Below, piece after piece: positions 33,633 through 43,534 of a stretch of DNA of 64,000 bases. Source of the stretch: Candidatus Sumerlaeales bacterium. Lineage in GTDB: Bacteria > Sumerlaeota > Sumerlaeia > Sumerlaeales > Sumerlaeaceae. Position numbers and translations under genes: made by a program. The notes beneath the pieces were generated by a model. That model was given only the letters and a program-made list of their open reading frames with translations. It searched no databases and had not been told where the DNA came from. The first letter of the stretch is position 1; each line of letters opens with the position of its first letter. The DNA is taken from assembly GCA_038243585.1 (NCBI GenBank), contig JBBSQY010000012.1, positions 3,314 to 67,313 of the forward strand, written 5' to 3'.

Positions 33633-35345
33633 ATGAGTGAAAATTTTGCATCTGTTCCGGGTGACCTAGGCGAACTTCCGAGCCAGGACGCGGGCATCGG
33701 AAACCTTTGGTATAAAGACGCTGTATTTTATGAAGTCCATGTTAGGGCGTTCGCAGACAGCAACGGCGACGGCATCGGCGACTTTAAAGGTCTAACCAGC
33801 AAGTTGGCCTATATCCGCGATTTGGGAGTCACCTGCATATGGCTGCTGCCCTTTTACCCGTCGCCTTTGCGGGACGACGGATATGATATTGCCGATTATT
33901 ACAATGTAAACCCGGACTATGGCACCATAGAAGACCTGGTGGAATTCCTGGATACGGCTCATCATATGGGTATTCGCGTTGTTGCGGACCTCGTAATGAA
34001 CCATACGAGTAGTGATTGCGAATGGTTTCAGGAGGCTCGACGGGATCCGGACTCGCCATACCGCGATTATTTCGTTTGGAGCGACGACCCTACGAAATAC
34101 GCCGACGCCCGTATTATTTTCTGCGACACGGAGGCCAGCAACTGGACTTTCGATCCCGTGGCGGGTCAACACTTCTGGCATCGCTTTTTCAGCCATCAGC
34201 CCGATCTGAATTATGAGAACCCGACCGTGCAGGAAGAGATGCTAAAGGCGCTGGACTTCTGGATGTCAAAGGGCCTGGACGGCTTCCGAGTGGACGCCAT
34301 TCCCTACCTGTTCGAAGAAGAAGGCACCAACTGCGAAAACCTTCCGAAAACCCATGAGTTCTGCAAACGCCTCCGTAAGCACTTCGACGAAAGATATCCA
34401 AACGGGCTTCTCCTGGCCGAAGCAAATCAGTGGCCTCAGGACGTGGTGGAGTATTTCGGCAAGGGCGATCAGTTTCATATGTGCTTCAATTTCCCGCTGA
34501 TGCCGCGCATGTTTATGGCTATCCGGCGGGAAGACGCGACCCCCATCATCGACATCATTCGTCAGCTGCCTCTAATTCCTGAGAACTGCCAGTGGGCAAC
34601 GTTTCTGCGCAATCATGATGAGCTGACGCTGGAAATGGTGACCGACGACGACCGCGATTATATGTGGAACGAATATGCCAGTGATCCCAGAATGCGCCTG
34701 AACCTGGGCATCCGTCGCCGCCTGTTCCCACTTATGGACAATGACCGTCGCCAGGTTGAACTGCTTCACAGCATGTTGTTTACCCTGCCAGGAAGCCCGA
34801 TTCTATATTACGGCGATGAACTGGGCATGGGAGACAATATTTTCCTCGGCGATCGCAACGGGGTTCGGACGCCGATGCAGTGGAGCAATGATCGGAATGC
34901 AGGATTCAGTCGCGCAAACCCGAGCCGTCTCTATAGCCAAGTCATTATCGATCCGTCTTATAACTACGAGGCCGTCAACGTGGAGAGCGCCATGGCGCTG
35001 CGGTCATCGTTTCTCAACTGGCTACGCCAAACCATCCAGATTCGCCAGAGCCACAAAGCCTTCAGCCGTGGGAAGGTCGAGTTTTTCGATAATCCTAACA
35101 AGAAGGTACTGGCCTATATGTGTCGGTACAAAGACGATCTCGCTCTTGTCGTAAACAATCTGTCCAGGTTCAGCCAGTTCGTGGAGCTTGATCTGTCTGC
35201 TTACGACGGCTACGAGCCTATCGATTTATTTGGTCATACCCGGTTTCCAACCATAGGCTCCATGAGTTACCTGCTTACGCTTGGCCCTTATGGTTTCTAC
35301 TGGTTCCGTCTGATTAAAAAGGAAGCGCCAGAGGTTTCAACTTGA
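33633..35345 (+). CDS. treS: Trehalose synthase (maltose alpha-D-glucosyltransferase), GH13
   Basis: [64 protein letters not shown] is the canonical TreS N-terminus. [11 protein letters not shown] and [11 protein letters not shown] are also present. Confidence 0.9.
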   Translation: MSENFASVPGDLGELPSQDAGIGNLWYKDAVFYEVHVRAFADSNGDGIGDFKGLTSKLAYIRDLGVTCIWLLPFYPSPLRDDGYDIADYYNVNPDYGTIEDLVEFLDTAHHMGIRVVADLVMNHTSSDCEWFQEARRDPDSPYRDYFVWSDDPTKYADARIIFCDTEASNWTFDPVAGQHFWHRFFSHQPDLNYENPTVQEEMLKALDFWMSKGLDGFRVDAIPYLFEEEGTNCENLPKTHEFCKRLRKHFDERYPNGLLLAEANQWPQDVVEYFGKGDQFHMCFNFPLMPRMFMAIRREDATPIIDIIRQLPLIPENCQWATFLRNHDELTLEMVTDDDRDYMWNEYASDPRMRLNLGIRRRLFPLMDNDRRQVELLHSMLFTLPGSPILYYGDELGMGDNIFLGDRNGVRTPMQWSNDRNAGFSRANPSRLYSQVIIDPSYNYEAVNVESAMALRSSFLNWLRQTIQIRQSHKAFSRGKVEFFDNPNKKVLAYMCRYKDDLALVVNNLSRFSQFVELDLSAYDGYEPIDLFGHTRFPTIGSMSYLLTLGPYGFYWFRLIKKEAPEVST

Positions 35346-35355
35346 GATAGCCGCA

Positions 35356-36156
35356 TTAAATTCCTCGCAGCTCGGGGATACCTGCGCCCGGTTCGTCCAA
35401 GCGCATTAGCGACTCCCCTACCAATATTGCGTCGGCTCCGTAACCGGCCACTACCTCGGCATCGTCAGGGGTGTGGATTCCGCTTTCCCCGATGAAAACA
35501 TATCCCGGCAGCGGCGCGCCCAGGAGTCGCATCACTCGTTCTGTCTGCTCGATATCTACTTCAAAATTCTTCAGGTTTCTGTTGTTGATCCCGATGATTT
35601 TCGCGCCGGACTCCGCCACGATGTCGGCTTCGGCTTCGCTGTGAACCTCTGTCACAGAATCCATCTGGAGGCTTGCTGCCAGCTCTCGAAAGTCCACAAG
35701 CTGATAACGGTCGAGAATAGACGCGATCAGCAGGATGGCTGACGCCCCCGCCTCTCGCGCCTCATATATCTGGTACTCGGTAATGGTGAAATCCTTACGC
35801 AGCAGAGGCGTCTGTGGCAGCGCCTTCCGAATCTGGCGGAGGTAATCGAGGTGTCCCTTGAAAAACTCTTCATCGGTCAGTACGCTAATCGCCGAAGCCC
35901 CGTGCTCCGCGTAACTTTCCGCGATATGCACCGGGTCGAAGTCTTTTCTGATTATCCCTTTGCTGGGCGACGCTTTTTTCACCTCGGCTATAACATTGAG
36001 GGGGGCGTCGGGCTTGCGCTGTATGGCCGCACCGAACGCAGGGGGCAAATCAAGCCCGTCCAGTCGTGCGCGGATGTCCGCCAGGCTGCGCGTCCGGCTG
36101 ACGTGATCTACAAACTCTGTTTTATACGCAACGATTTGATCTAGAATATGAGCCAT
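35356..36156 (-). CDS. trpC: Indole-3-glycerol phosphate synthase
   Basis: The motifs are ILDQIVAYKTEFV, IAEVKKASPSKG, SVLTDEEFFKG and LRKDFTITEYQIYEAR. ATG 36156 gives 266 aa; the ORF track allows an upstream TTG at 36231. Confidence 0.88.
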   Translation of the reverse strand: MAHILDQIVAYKTEFVDHVSRTRSLADIRARLDGLDLPPAFGAAIQRKPDAPLNVIAEVKKASPSKGIIRKDFDPVHIAESYAEHGASAISVLTDEEFFKGHLDYLRQIRKALPQTPLLRKDFTITEYQIYEAREAGASAILLIASILDRYQLVDFRELAASLQMDSVTEVHSEAEADIVAESGAKIIGINNRNLKNFEVDIEQTERVMRLLGAPLPGYVFIGESGIHTPDDAEVVAGYGADAILVGESLMRLDEPGAGIPELRGI

Positions 36157-36341
36157 GGCTGATAATTTCCCAAAATCGGCGGGATATTCATCTTCGAGCG
36201 TCGGAACCGACGTTTCGTCCGACAAATACAAAAACTGATTATCCCGCCTTCTTTCTTTGTTGATACGGTTTTAGCAACACCGGCCAACGATTATCGTTTG
36301 CGCTGGCTAACCCGATTTCCTCCGTAAGGCAACGACTCCCG

Positions 36342-38177
36342 ATGGCCTCGTTAACCCGCATCTTTTACCGCTTTCGCAGTTTTATCCCCCGGCAGCTTTT
36401 ACACAGCCCGCTGCTACTGATTTATCTATTTACCCTAACGGTGTATCTGGCAAACGGAAGAGGAATCGCCTTTGTGGATACAGGACCCGCCCGTCACCTG
36501 GTCCTTTCTCTGATCAGGGATCATGATCTTGATTTGTCTGAAATTCGAAACCAGGCAGAAACCCTTGAATTGTCTTATGTTATTAAAGAAGTCGACGGAA
36601 AGCTCATTTCTCAGTATCCTGTCGGCGCCGTGTTCATGGCGGTGCCGTATTATGTCGCGGGCATGCTGGCCGGGCTTTCACCGGATCAGTTTGATGGACT
36701 TGCGAAGCTGGAAAAATGGGCCGCAGCTAACCTTGGCGCGTTATTATCGGTGCTTTTCTGGGTGCTGCTGAGGCGCAGAACTAATGCGTCAGTAGGCATT
36801 CGAATCATTGTGTGGCTTGCTTTCGCGTTCGGGTCATCTAACTGGGTGGTCAATTCCCAGGGGTTGTGGCAACATACTCCGCTCCAGATTTTTGAGATAC
36901 TCGCTCTGCTTGCGCTGCCCCGCCATCTGGAATTTAAAAAGAGCTTTTTCAGAGTCGCGTTGTGTGGTGTGCTGTTGGGGCTTGCCGGATTTATGCGCCC
37001 TACTGGCTATGTTCTGATTCCCGTGTGGGGACTCTACCTCATGTGGAAGAATTATCGCTTTGCCCTGCCCTACGGCATCGGCGTTGTACTCGGATTTATC
37101 CCGCAGGTGTTGTACAATCTAACTTATCTCCCCAGAAACGAGGGGGGGTATTTCCAGCTGATATTTACCAATGGATATTTCGACGAGCTGGAGCCGGTCC
37201 ACAATTTCCTGGCCCTGTTGTTTAACCCCAGCAGAGGCATAGTCATTTTTTCGCCTTTTGTGCTGGTACTGGTGCTGTGGGCGTTTAAGCGAATCCGCAG
37301 ATCTGTCGCGCCTGATTTCAGATCAGGGCTGCTTGCTCTGTCGTCGCTGGGGATATTTGTCGTGTATCTTGGTTTTGAGATTTGGTGGCAGGGGTGGTGT
37401 TACGGAGCTCGTTTCCTAAGCGACATCCATCCGTTCCTTTTGCTGCTTATGGTCCCTCCTCTTGAGTACATCATGTCCCGGCGCGGGCTGGTATCGATTC
37501 CTGCAATGGCGTTTGTTTCAGTGTGCCTTATCTGGTCTATTGGGGTTCAGGCGCTTGGGGCATGGCGCTACGACGGTGCCTGGGACGGGCGAGTCGTAAT
37601 CGCGGGATTTGACGATGTCGCCTGGGACTGGCGTGACAATATTATCGCCGATGCCTGGTCTGGCAATGCCGATCCCTATTACAGATTTCAATCGCCTGAC
37701 TATTATGAAGTCGTCCCTGGGCACATCTACAAGGTTGGGATGCGGGAAAGCGCTCAATTTCTGTATTCCGGTTTTTATGGTCAGGAGGACTGGGGCACAT
37801 GGACCAGAGGAGCGATGCCGGGCGTTATGACGATGCACTTCAACGAGGTCCCCGGCAAATTGTACATTGCCGGGATGGGCACAGGCAGCAGTTATGCCCC
37901 GGCGCGCTTTACCATCAGCCTGAACGGCAACCATGTAAAGAAAGCCCTGATTCATCCCAGCGCATTTGTTAAGTGGAAAACGGAGATTGTTGAGATACCA
38001 ATCAAGGAAAAGAACCTGACCGGCGGAGTGGAGCGGGTGTCCATTGTGTCTCACGACGGAGCTCGCGCCATGCCTACAGGCAGGTTCTATGGGATGGGTA
38101 TAAAATATATGCTTTACGTGCCGACGGCAATGAAGGATGTGTCCACATCGGCCATTGAACAGCTAAGGCAAATGTGA
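36342..38177 (+). CDS. Polytopic membrane protein, putative GT-C-type glycosyltransferase (ArnT/PMT-like) with a C-terminal soluble domain
   Basis: 611 aa with about 11 hydrophobic helices in the first 400 aa, then a soluble ~200 aa domain. The family assignment rests on architecture only. Confidence 0.4.
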   Translation: MASLTRIFYRFRSFIPRQLLHSPLLLIYLFTLTVYLANGRGIAFVDTGPARHLVLSLIRDHDLDLSEIRNQAETLELSYVIKEVDGKLISQYPVGAVFMAVPYYVAGMLAGLSPDQFDGLAKLEKWAAANLGALLSVLFWVLLRRRTNASVGIRIIVWLAFAFGSSNWVVNSQGLWQHTPLQIFEILALLALPRHLEFKKSFFRVALCGVLLGLAGFMRPTGYVLIPVWGLYLMWKNYRFALPYGIGVVLGFIPQVLYNLTYLPRNEGGYFQLIFTNGYFDELEPVHNFLALLFNPSRGIVIFSPFVLVLVLWAFKRIRRSVAPDFRSGLLALSSLGIFVVYLGFEIWWQGWCYGARFLSDIHPFLLLLMVPPLEYIMSRRGLVSIPAMAFVSVCLIWSIGVQALGAWRYDGAWDGRVVIAGFDDVAWDWRDNIIADAWSGNADPYYRFQSPDYYEVVPGHIYKVGMRESAQFLYSGFYGQEDWGTWTRGAMPGVMTMHFNEVPGKLYIAGMGTGSSYAPARFTISLNGNHVKKALIHPSAFVKWKTEIVEIPIKEKNLTGGVERVSIVSHDGARAMPTGRFYGMGIKYMLYVPTAMKDVSTSAIEQLRQM

Positions 38178-38469
38178 GATAGCTTCCACTGCCCTGGCGG
38201 TGGCGCAACTCAAGTCCGCATTACAATAGGGGAATTTTCCAGTTTCAAATGCGCGGCTGGTTCTAGTCTAAAAAACATCTACTATGCCGGTACTGGCGCT
38301 AAAGCGGTAAACAAGCCACGCCGAAGCGCGCTGTAAATCTTTACAAATCAGCAACACCTATAAAATGAGGGTGCAAAGATGGATCCGGCTAAAGCCGGAA
38401 ACTCGTCCTTCCTATATTATGCTGAGTTGCGCTCTCTGGCGGCACCCGGACCACTTAGAATTTAACCGT

Positions 38470-39753
38470 CTAATCTGGCAGAGGCTTCCCTTTGGTCTCG
38501 GGAGCAAACCAGATCACTATCATTCCCAGTACGTATACCATCGATATGGCCATGCCGGCCCGAGCGTAGCTTTGATCAAAGAAGCCCATCAGCGCGCCCA
38601 TGTTCCAAGCGCCGATTGCAGCCAATATACGACCTGCGTTAAAGGCCAACCCTTGCGCGGTAGCGCGTACTCTCGTAGGGAATAGCTCTGGCAGATAAAG
38701 CGGCAGCCATCCAAAGAACGACGCGGTGAAGAAGCCGACCAGTCCGGTGGCAAAGATAAACAGCGGGCCGTACTCTTTCACATAGATGAACAGGAAGTAG
38801 GTCGCCGCGACAGAGAACGCGCACAGGAGAAAATAAGTGGGACGACGACCTATCTTTTGTCCTACAAGCGGAGCGGCCAGGCTGCCCATAATCGCGCCCA
38901 GGGCAACCACGAAATGGCTGTAGCCTTTCGCCGCCGGACGCTCTGGCCCCGCCAGCATATCTGTCCAGAGGGGAATCCACTGAACAATGCCCCAGGTTAC
39001 AATCAGCGGGATGGATGCGAAAAGAGTCGCCAGGATAGTTCGGCTCAGCAGCGGCGCAGAAAAAATCTCCTGCAGCGGCTGAACGTTTTTCCCCTTTACC
39101 GCGTGTTTCCATTTTTCCGACTCTGGCACAAACAGTCTAATAAAAAAGGTCAGCAAGGCTGGCGATGCGCCAACCAGCAACAGCCACCGCCAACTGTCCG
39201 GGGTAACAGGCCAAATAATTCCTATAATCCCAACAATTACAAAACCAAAGTTGGCTGCGGCCCCGATAATGCCGGCCATCAGAGGCCGCAGACGAGCCGG
39301 CCATATCTCCATGACCAGCGCCACGCCCAGCGACCACTCGCCGCCCATACCCAGAGCAGCCAGAAACCGCAACACGCCAAGGTGCCATGGCTCCTGCGCG
39401 AAATAACAAAGCCCCGTGAAAATCGAGTAACAAAGAATGCTGTACGTCATGGCGCGCACCCGGCCAATCCGGTCGCCCAGCCAGCCAAAGACCAATCCGC
39501 CGCCGGCCGCTCCAATAAGAAAACATGCCGTAACGATACCCATCCAGACCTGAACAAATCCTTCATCAAAAACAGCGCCCGGCGCTTGCATTTCCATCAG
39601 CGCGGGACGCGCGATTAAAGGAAATATCCCCATCTCCATGCCGTCGAACATCCAGCCGAGGAAAGCCGCAAGGAGGGTCAGAATTTTTGCTTTGTTCGAG
39701 ATGATTTGAGGCGTGGCCTCGCCTGTAGCGGACACGGGGACTTCGTTGGTCAT
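38470..39753 (-). CDS. MFS transporter
   Basis: It has 12 predicted helices and the MFS loop motif GWLGDRIGRVRAM. Confidence 0.8.
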   Translation of the reverse strand: MTNEVPVSATGEATPQIISNKAKILTLLAAFLGWMFDGMEMGIFPLIARPALMEMQAPGAVFDEGFVQVWMGIVTACFLIGAAGGGLVFGWLGDRIGRVRAMTYSILCYSIFTGLCYFAQEPWHLGVLRFLAALGMGGEWSLGVALVMEIWPARLRPLMAGIIGAAANFGFVIVGIIGIIWPVTPDSWRWLLLVGASPALLTFFIRLFVPESEKWKHAVKGKNVQPLQEIFSAPLLSRTILATLFASIPLIVTWGIVQWIPLWTDMLAGPERPAAKGYSHFVVALGAIMGSLAAPLVGQKIGRRPTYFLLCAFSVAATYFLFIYVKEYGPLFIFATGLVGFFTASFFGWLPLYLPELFPTRVRATAQGLAFNAGRILAAIGAWNMGALMGFFDQSYARAGMAISMVYVLGMIVIWFAPETKGKPLPD

Positions 39754-39851
39754 GAGTAAGCCTTGTTTAAATTCTGTAAAATGTTATTAATGATCAGTGT
39801 AGGTAAACGGCCCGTGGGCAGTGTAAACAAAAACCCGCTGCTGGTAAATCC

Positions 39852-41306
39852 CTATACCTGATTAGGGATTTCAAAACCGGATCGATACGTTGTCGTCAAA
39901 AATGCGTTGGCCGCCGCTTCCTGCTCACCAGTAAATTTCTGGGCAGCCGGATCAAAAGTCAGCCATGGACCCAGCATACGCTGGTTCTTCTGAACGTCCA
40001 CGCCGTTTACCAGCAGATGCTCATTAAACTGATCGATCATTCTGCTCAACTGAGGAAATTCTGCGGCTGACTTCAAAATTTCCGCGCCGTTTGCCGGCTT
40101 GCCCAGTTTGTGGGAAATGTTGCCCATGTGCGCAAGTCCCGCCGCCAAATGTCCTGATTCGATATTGGCCGCCACTGTTTCCGCTTTGCGCGACCGCACG
40201 GCATCAATGAAATTCTGATGGTGAGATCCGCCCCCATCGCCCTTGAACTGCTTTACACGTTTGCCTTTATTATCGTAAACCCAGCCGCCGTTGTTGTAGG
40301 CCAGATAATAGCCTTCCTTGCCTTTGACTTCAATCCCCACTCGCAGGCCATTCAAGTTGTCGGCTTCGCTTGCGCCTTTCGATGCGGGCAGGTTCCGAAG
40401 CTCACAAAAGATCGGTACAGGTTTGTAATCATACAGGACCGTTTGAGTGTTGGGCGTCGGTGCGTCGTCATCAAACCCGAACCGTCCGCCTACGCTTACG
40501 ACTCGCGTAGGGAATTCCTTAATATCCAGAAACCACGATGCGAGGTCCATCATGTGTACCCCATTGTTTCCCAGTTCTCCGTTGCCGTAAGGCCAAAACC
40601 AGTGCCAGTCATAGTGCAGATTTTTTCGCGTCAGAGGCTCGTCTGGGGCTGGCCCAAGCCACAGGTTATAGTCCACTCCGGCGGGCGGCGCTTGCGGACC
40701 AGTTACCTTGGGCAGCGGCTGACGCAGGTTGTAGTAAATCCCCCGGATGTAATCCAGCTCGCCGATGTTGCCTTCTTTGATATACTGCCGCGCGCCCTGC
40801 AGGCCAGCGTCGGACCTGGACTGCATTCCTACCTGTACAATGCGGTTATGTTTTTTCGCCGCGGCAATCATCTGCTGACCTTCCCAGATCGTGTGAGATG
40901 CCGGCTTCTCCACGTAGACGTCTTTACCCGCCTCGCACGCCCAAACAGTCACCAGCGCATGCCAGTGATTCGGAGTGGCCACGCACACTGCGTCCACTTC
41001 CTTGTCTTCCAGAAGCCTGCGCACATCGGTGTATGTCTTCGGCTGCGTGCCTGCCTCTTTAAAATGTTTTTTTAGGGCTTCGGCCACGCGATTGCTATCG
41101 ACATCGCACAGCGCCACGACTCTCACGCCGGGCATTGACTTAAACATTGCCACATGCTGGCTGCCCTTATTGCCTACCCCCACCACGGCCACGCGGATGT
41201 CTTCGTTTGCGCCAAAAATACGCGCATGAGGTAAAATTGTAACGGCAGCGGTAAGTGCTGCTGCTTTTTTAAGAAACGCGCGACGCGTATAGGACTCTTC
41301 CACCAT
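39852..41306 (-). CDS. Gfo/Idh/MocA-family oxidoreductase with a Tat signal
   Basis: The twin-arginine leader is TRRAFLKKAAALTAAV and the Rossmann motif is IRVAVVGVGNKG. Confidence 0.8.
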   Translation of the reverse strand: MVEESYTRRAFLKKAAALTAAVTILPHARIFGANEDIRVAVVGVGNKGSQHVAMFKSMPGVRVVALCDVDSNRVAEALKKHFKEAGTQPKTYTDVRRLLEDKEVDAVCVATPNHWHALVTVWACEAGKDVYVEKPASHTIWEGQQMIAAAKKHNRIVQVGMQSRSDAGLQGARQYIKEGNIGELDYIRGIYYNLRQPLPKVTGPQAPPAGVDYNLWLGPAPDEPLTRKNLHYDWHWFWPYGNGELGNNGVHMMDLASWFLDIKEFPTRVVSVGGRFGFDDDAPTPNTQTVLYDYKPVPIFCELRNLPASKGASEADNLNGLRVGIEVKGKEGYYLAYNNGGWVYDNKGKRVKQFKGDGGGSHHQNFIDAVRSRKAETVAANIESGHLAAGLAHMGNISHKLGKPANGAEILKSAAEFPQLSRMIDQFNEHLLVNGVDVQKNQRMLGPWLTFDPAAQKFTGEQEAAANAFLTTTYRSGFEIPNQV

Positions 41307-41513
41307 GACAGTTCTCCGAAAGAAAATGAGGATGCATACAAAATCGCAAATGACGATTTACGCCAAGAACAATAGAAGCAAAGGCATGAAACTTAAGAAT
41401 CAACAGGAAACTTAAAACGGTTGGTTATAGGGCGCAACTCAGTTCCATGAAAACTGGCTTTAGCCGGAAATTCGTAGTCATAGGCGTTCGTGCATTTTGG
41501 GGCGGACGGCTCG

Positions 41514-41560
41514 GCGAGCGACGGACGGCTCGGCGAGCCATCCCTACCTTTGTGCATAAG
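41514..41560 (+). repeat. Motif R1, 1.5 tandem copies, intergenic
   Basis: ggacggctcggcgagc-gac-ggacggctcggcgagccatccctacctt. Confidence 0.75.
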
Positions 41561-41622
41561 AAGTTTGTTCCGTGATAGGAAAGAATACCATTACTTCGTA
41601 ACTTTTCCCGGAGGCATTTCTC

Positions 41623-43071
41623 GTGTTGACGAATTCAAGCCGCGGCGCCGGTCGCCTGTTGCTTCTGCTTTGCGTTTTAGTTTTTGCGCAGGTTGCCTGC
41701 GCAAAAGATGAGTACCGGGTCCTTTGGGTGGATCTGTTTCACGCTGGACTGCGGAGCCAGGCCGAGGCCGACACTATGCTTAAGACGGCGCGAGACGCGG
41801 GCTATAACACCGTTGTCATAGAAGTTCGCAAGGCCTGCGATGCTTATTATGAATCCAGCATTGAACCCAAAAACCCGGAGGTCCAGGCGGGTTTTGATCC
41901 GCTGGCGTATATTATTGAGCAGGCACACCGTGCCCCGCGCATGGAGGTTCATGCCTGGCTGGTCACCTATCGCGCGCGCATCAGCGGTGATTCCATGTGG
42001 AAAAATCCGGCTCATGTTTTTCAGCAGCATCCTGAATGGATCAGCGAGAAGAGCAACGGCACCAAGGTGGGCCCTAACAGCACCTACTTCCTCGATCCGG
42101 GCGTCCCGCAGGTAACTGATTATAACCTGACGGTGGTGCGGGATATCCTGTCACGTTACGACGTGGATGGAATCACGTTTGATTACCTACGCTATCCTGA
42201 CTATGACGGTGCCGGCAATGAATGGGGTTATAATCCCATTGCTCTTGCCAGGTTCAATAAGCTGTACGGGCGAACCGGAAAGCCGTCTGCTTCTGATCCG
42301 CAATTTTCTGAGTTTCGCAGAAAGCAGATCTCCGACCATACGAGAAAAATCTATGCCCATGTGCGGGCGTGGCGGCCGCGGGTGAAGATTGGCGCGGCGA
42401 CCATCACCTGGGGCGGGCTCAGTGAGAATTTCAAGGGAAGTTCCGCTTACTCCAACATCATGCAGGACTGGGAAACCATGGCGCTGGAGGGCTGGCTGGA
42501 CGTGATTATGCCCATGAATTACAAGCGGGAGGCCGTGGCAACACAGGCACGGGATCATAGAGAATGGGCGCATTTTCTTGCGGACCTGAGCGAGCGTTCG
42601 GGCCGAGCCGGCGTTAATATCGTGGATGGCGAAGAGCTCAATTCGTTGTCGGGCATCTTAACCCAGATCTCCGCGACCAGGTTTTTGCCGGGCATGGACG
42701 GCATCGCGACATATGCCTATGCGGAGCCCCGCGCCTCCAGTGGCAAGATTCCGGATTTGGAATTTTTCAACACTATCAGGCGCGACGTCTTTACGGGATG
42801 GGCCAATGTGCCGGAGGCGACGTGGCTGACGCGACCAGCGGAGGGCCTTATCAAAGGGGTCGTTTCCAAAGACGGGCTGCCGGTGGACGGCGCGACCGTG
42901 CAACTGGGCAACAGGTCCACTAGGACAGACGGCACGGGTTTTTACGCTTTTGCGCGAGTGCAGCCAGGCAACCAGACGGTTACGGCGCAGAACGGCGATG
43001 GGGCTATTGGAACAATAAAGGTCACAGTTCAGGCGGGCAAAGTGGCGGAAGCGCCGATCGGGAGCAAGTAA
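41623..43071 (+). CDS. Glycoside-hydrolase-like GHL10 (DUF187/YngK-type) protein with a C-terminal CarboxypepD_reg domain
   Basis: It has a signal peptide. The core includes YRVLWVD...AGYNTVVIEVRKACDAYYES..GFDPLAYIIEQAH..MEVHAWL. The C-terminal segment reads DGATVQLGNRSTRTDGTGFYAF. Confidence 0.7.
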   Translation: MLTNSSRGAGRLLLLLCVLVFAQVACAKDEYRVLWVDLFHAGLRSQAEADTMLKTARDAGYNTVVIEVRKACDAYYESSIEPKNPEVQAGFDPLAYIIEQAHRAPRMEVHAWLVTYRARISGDSMWKNPAHVFQQHPEWISEKSNGTKVGPNSTYFLDPGVPQVTDYNLTVVRDILSRYDVDGITFDYLRYPDYDGAGNEWGYNPIALARFNKLYGRTGKPSASDPQFSEFRRKQISDHTRKIYAHVRAWRPRVKIGAATITWGGLSENFKGSSAYSNIMQDWETMALEGWLDVIMPMNYKREAVATQARDHREWAHFLADLSERSGRAGVNIVDGEELNSLSGILTQISATRFLPGMDGIATYAYAEPRASSGKIPDLEFFNTIRRDVFTGWANVPEATWLTRPAEGLIKGVVSKDGLPVDGATVQLGNRSTRTDGTGFYAFARVQPGNQTVTAQNGDGAIGTIKVTVQAGKVAEAPIGSK

Positions 43072-43102
43072 GAAAGAAATTCTAGCGTTTGTAAGCCGTG
43101 GT

Positions 43103-43504
43103 TTACACTTTTCCGGACTCTTCCAGCGCGTTTAACGCTGGTCCGACGAGGTAGAGGGAGCCGAACAGGATAACGTATCCGCCGCTTTCCTGAGCGGCGG
43201 AACGGGCTTCTTGCAGAGCTTCCTCCACGGATTGGGCGATTGTAATTTGTTCGGGCGTCAGGAATTGACTGAGCGCCTTTTCAATGTGATCTGCCGATAC
43301 GGCTCGGGGACTTGGTGGGACTACTGCCACCGCACGGGACACCGGCAGTTGGTGGAAAATACCGCCCAGCAGCTCGGTTCCGGCTTTATCTCGGAGAAAC
43401 CCGGTCACGATCACGGCGGGACGTGAGCCAAAACGCCGATGGCAGGCACGGCCAAGGGCATTGGCGGACATAGCGCAGTGGGCACCGTCAATAACCACGG
43501 GCAC
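43103..43504 (-). CDS. folC: Folylpolyglutamate synthase/dihydrofolate synthase, C-terminal fragment (Mur ligase C domain)
   Basis: VVIDGAHCAMSA... is followed by a Mur-ligase C-terminal fold. It is in frame with 43535..44608, separated only by TGA plus 10 sense codons. Confidence 0.8.
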   Translation of the reverse strand: MPVVIDGAHCAMSANALGRACHRRFGSRPAVIVTGFLRDKAGTELLGGIFHQLPVSRAVAVVPPSPRAVSADHIEKALSQFLTPEQITIAQSVEEALQEARSAAQESGGYVILFGSLYLVGPALNALEESGKV

Positions 43505-43534
43505 GAGACCGTCTATCAGCTGGAAACGACCCGG

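Noticed and set aside
18527-36156. trpD and trpC as a trp operon
   Set aside because: They are 16 kb apart, on opposite strands, and separated by unrelated genes. The trp genes are simply dispersed here.
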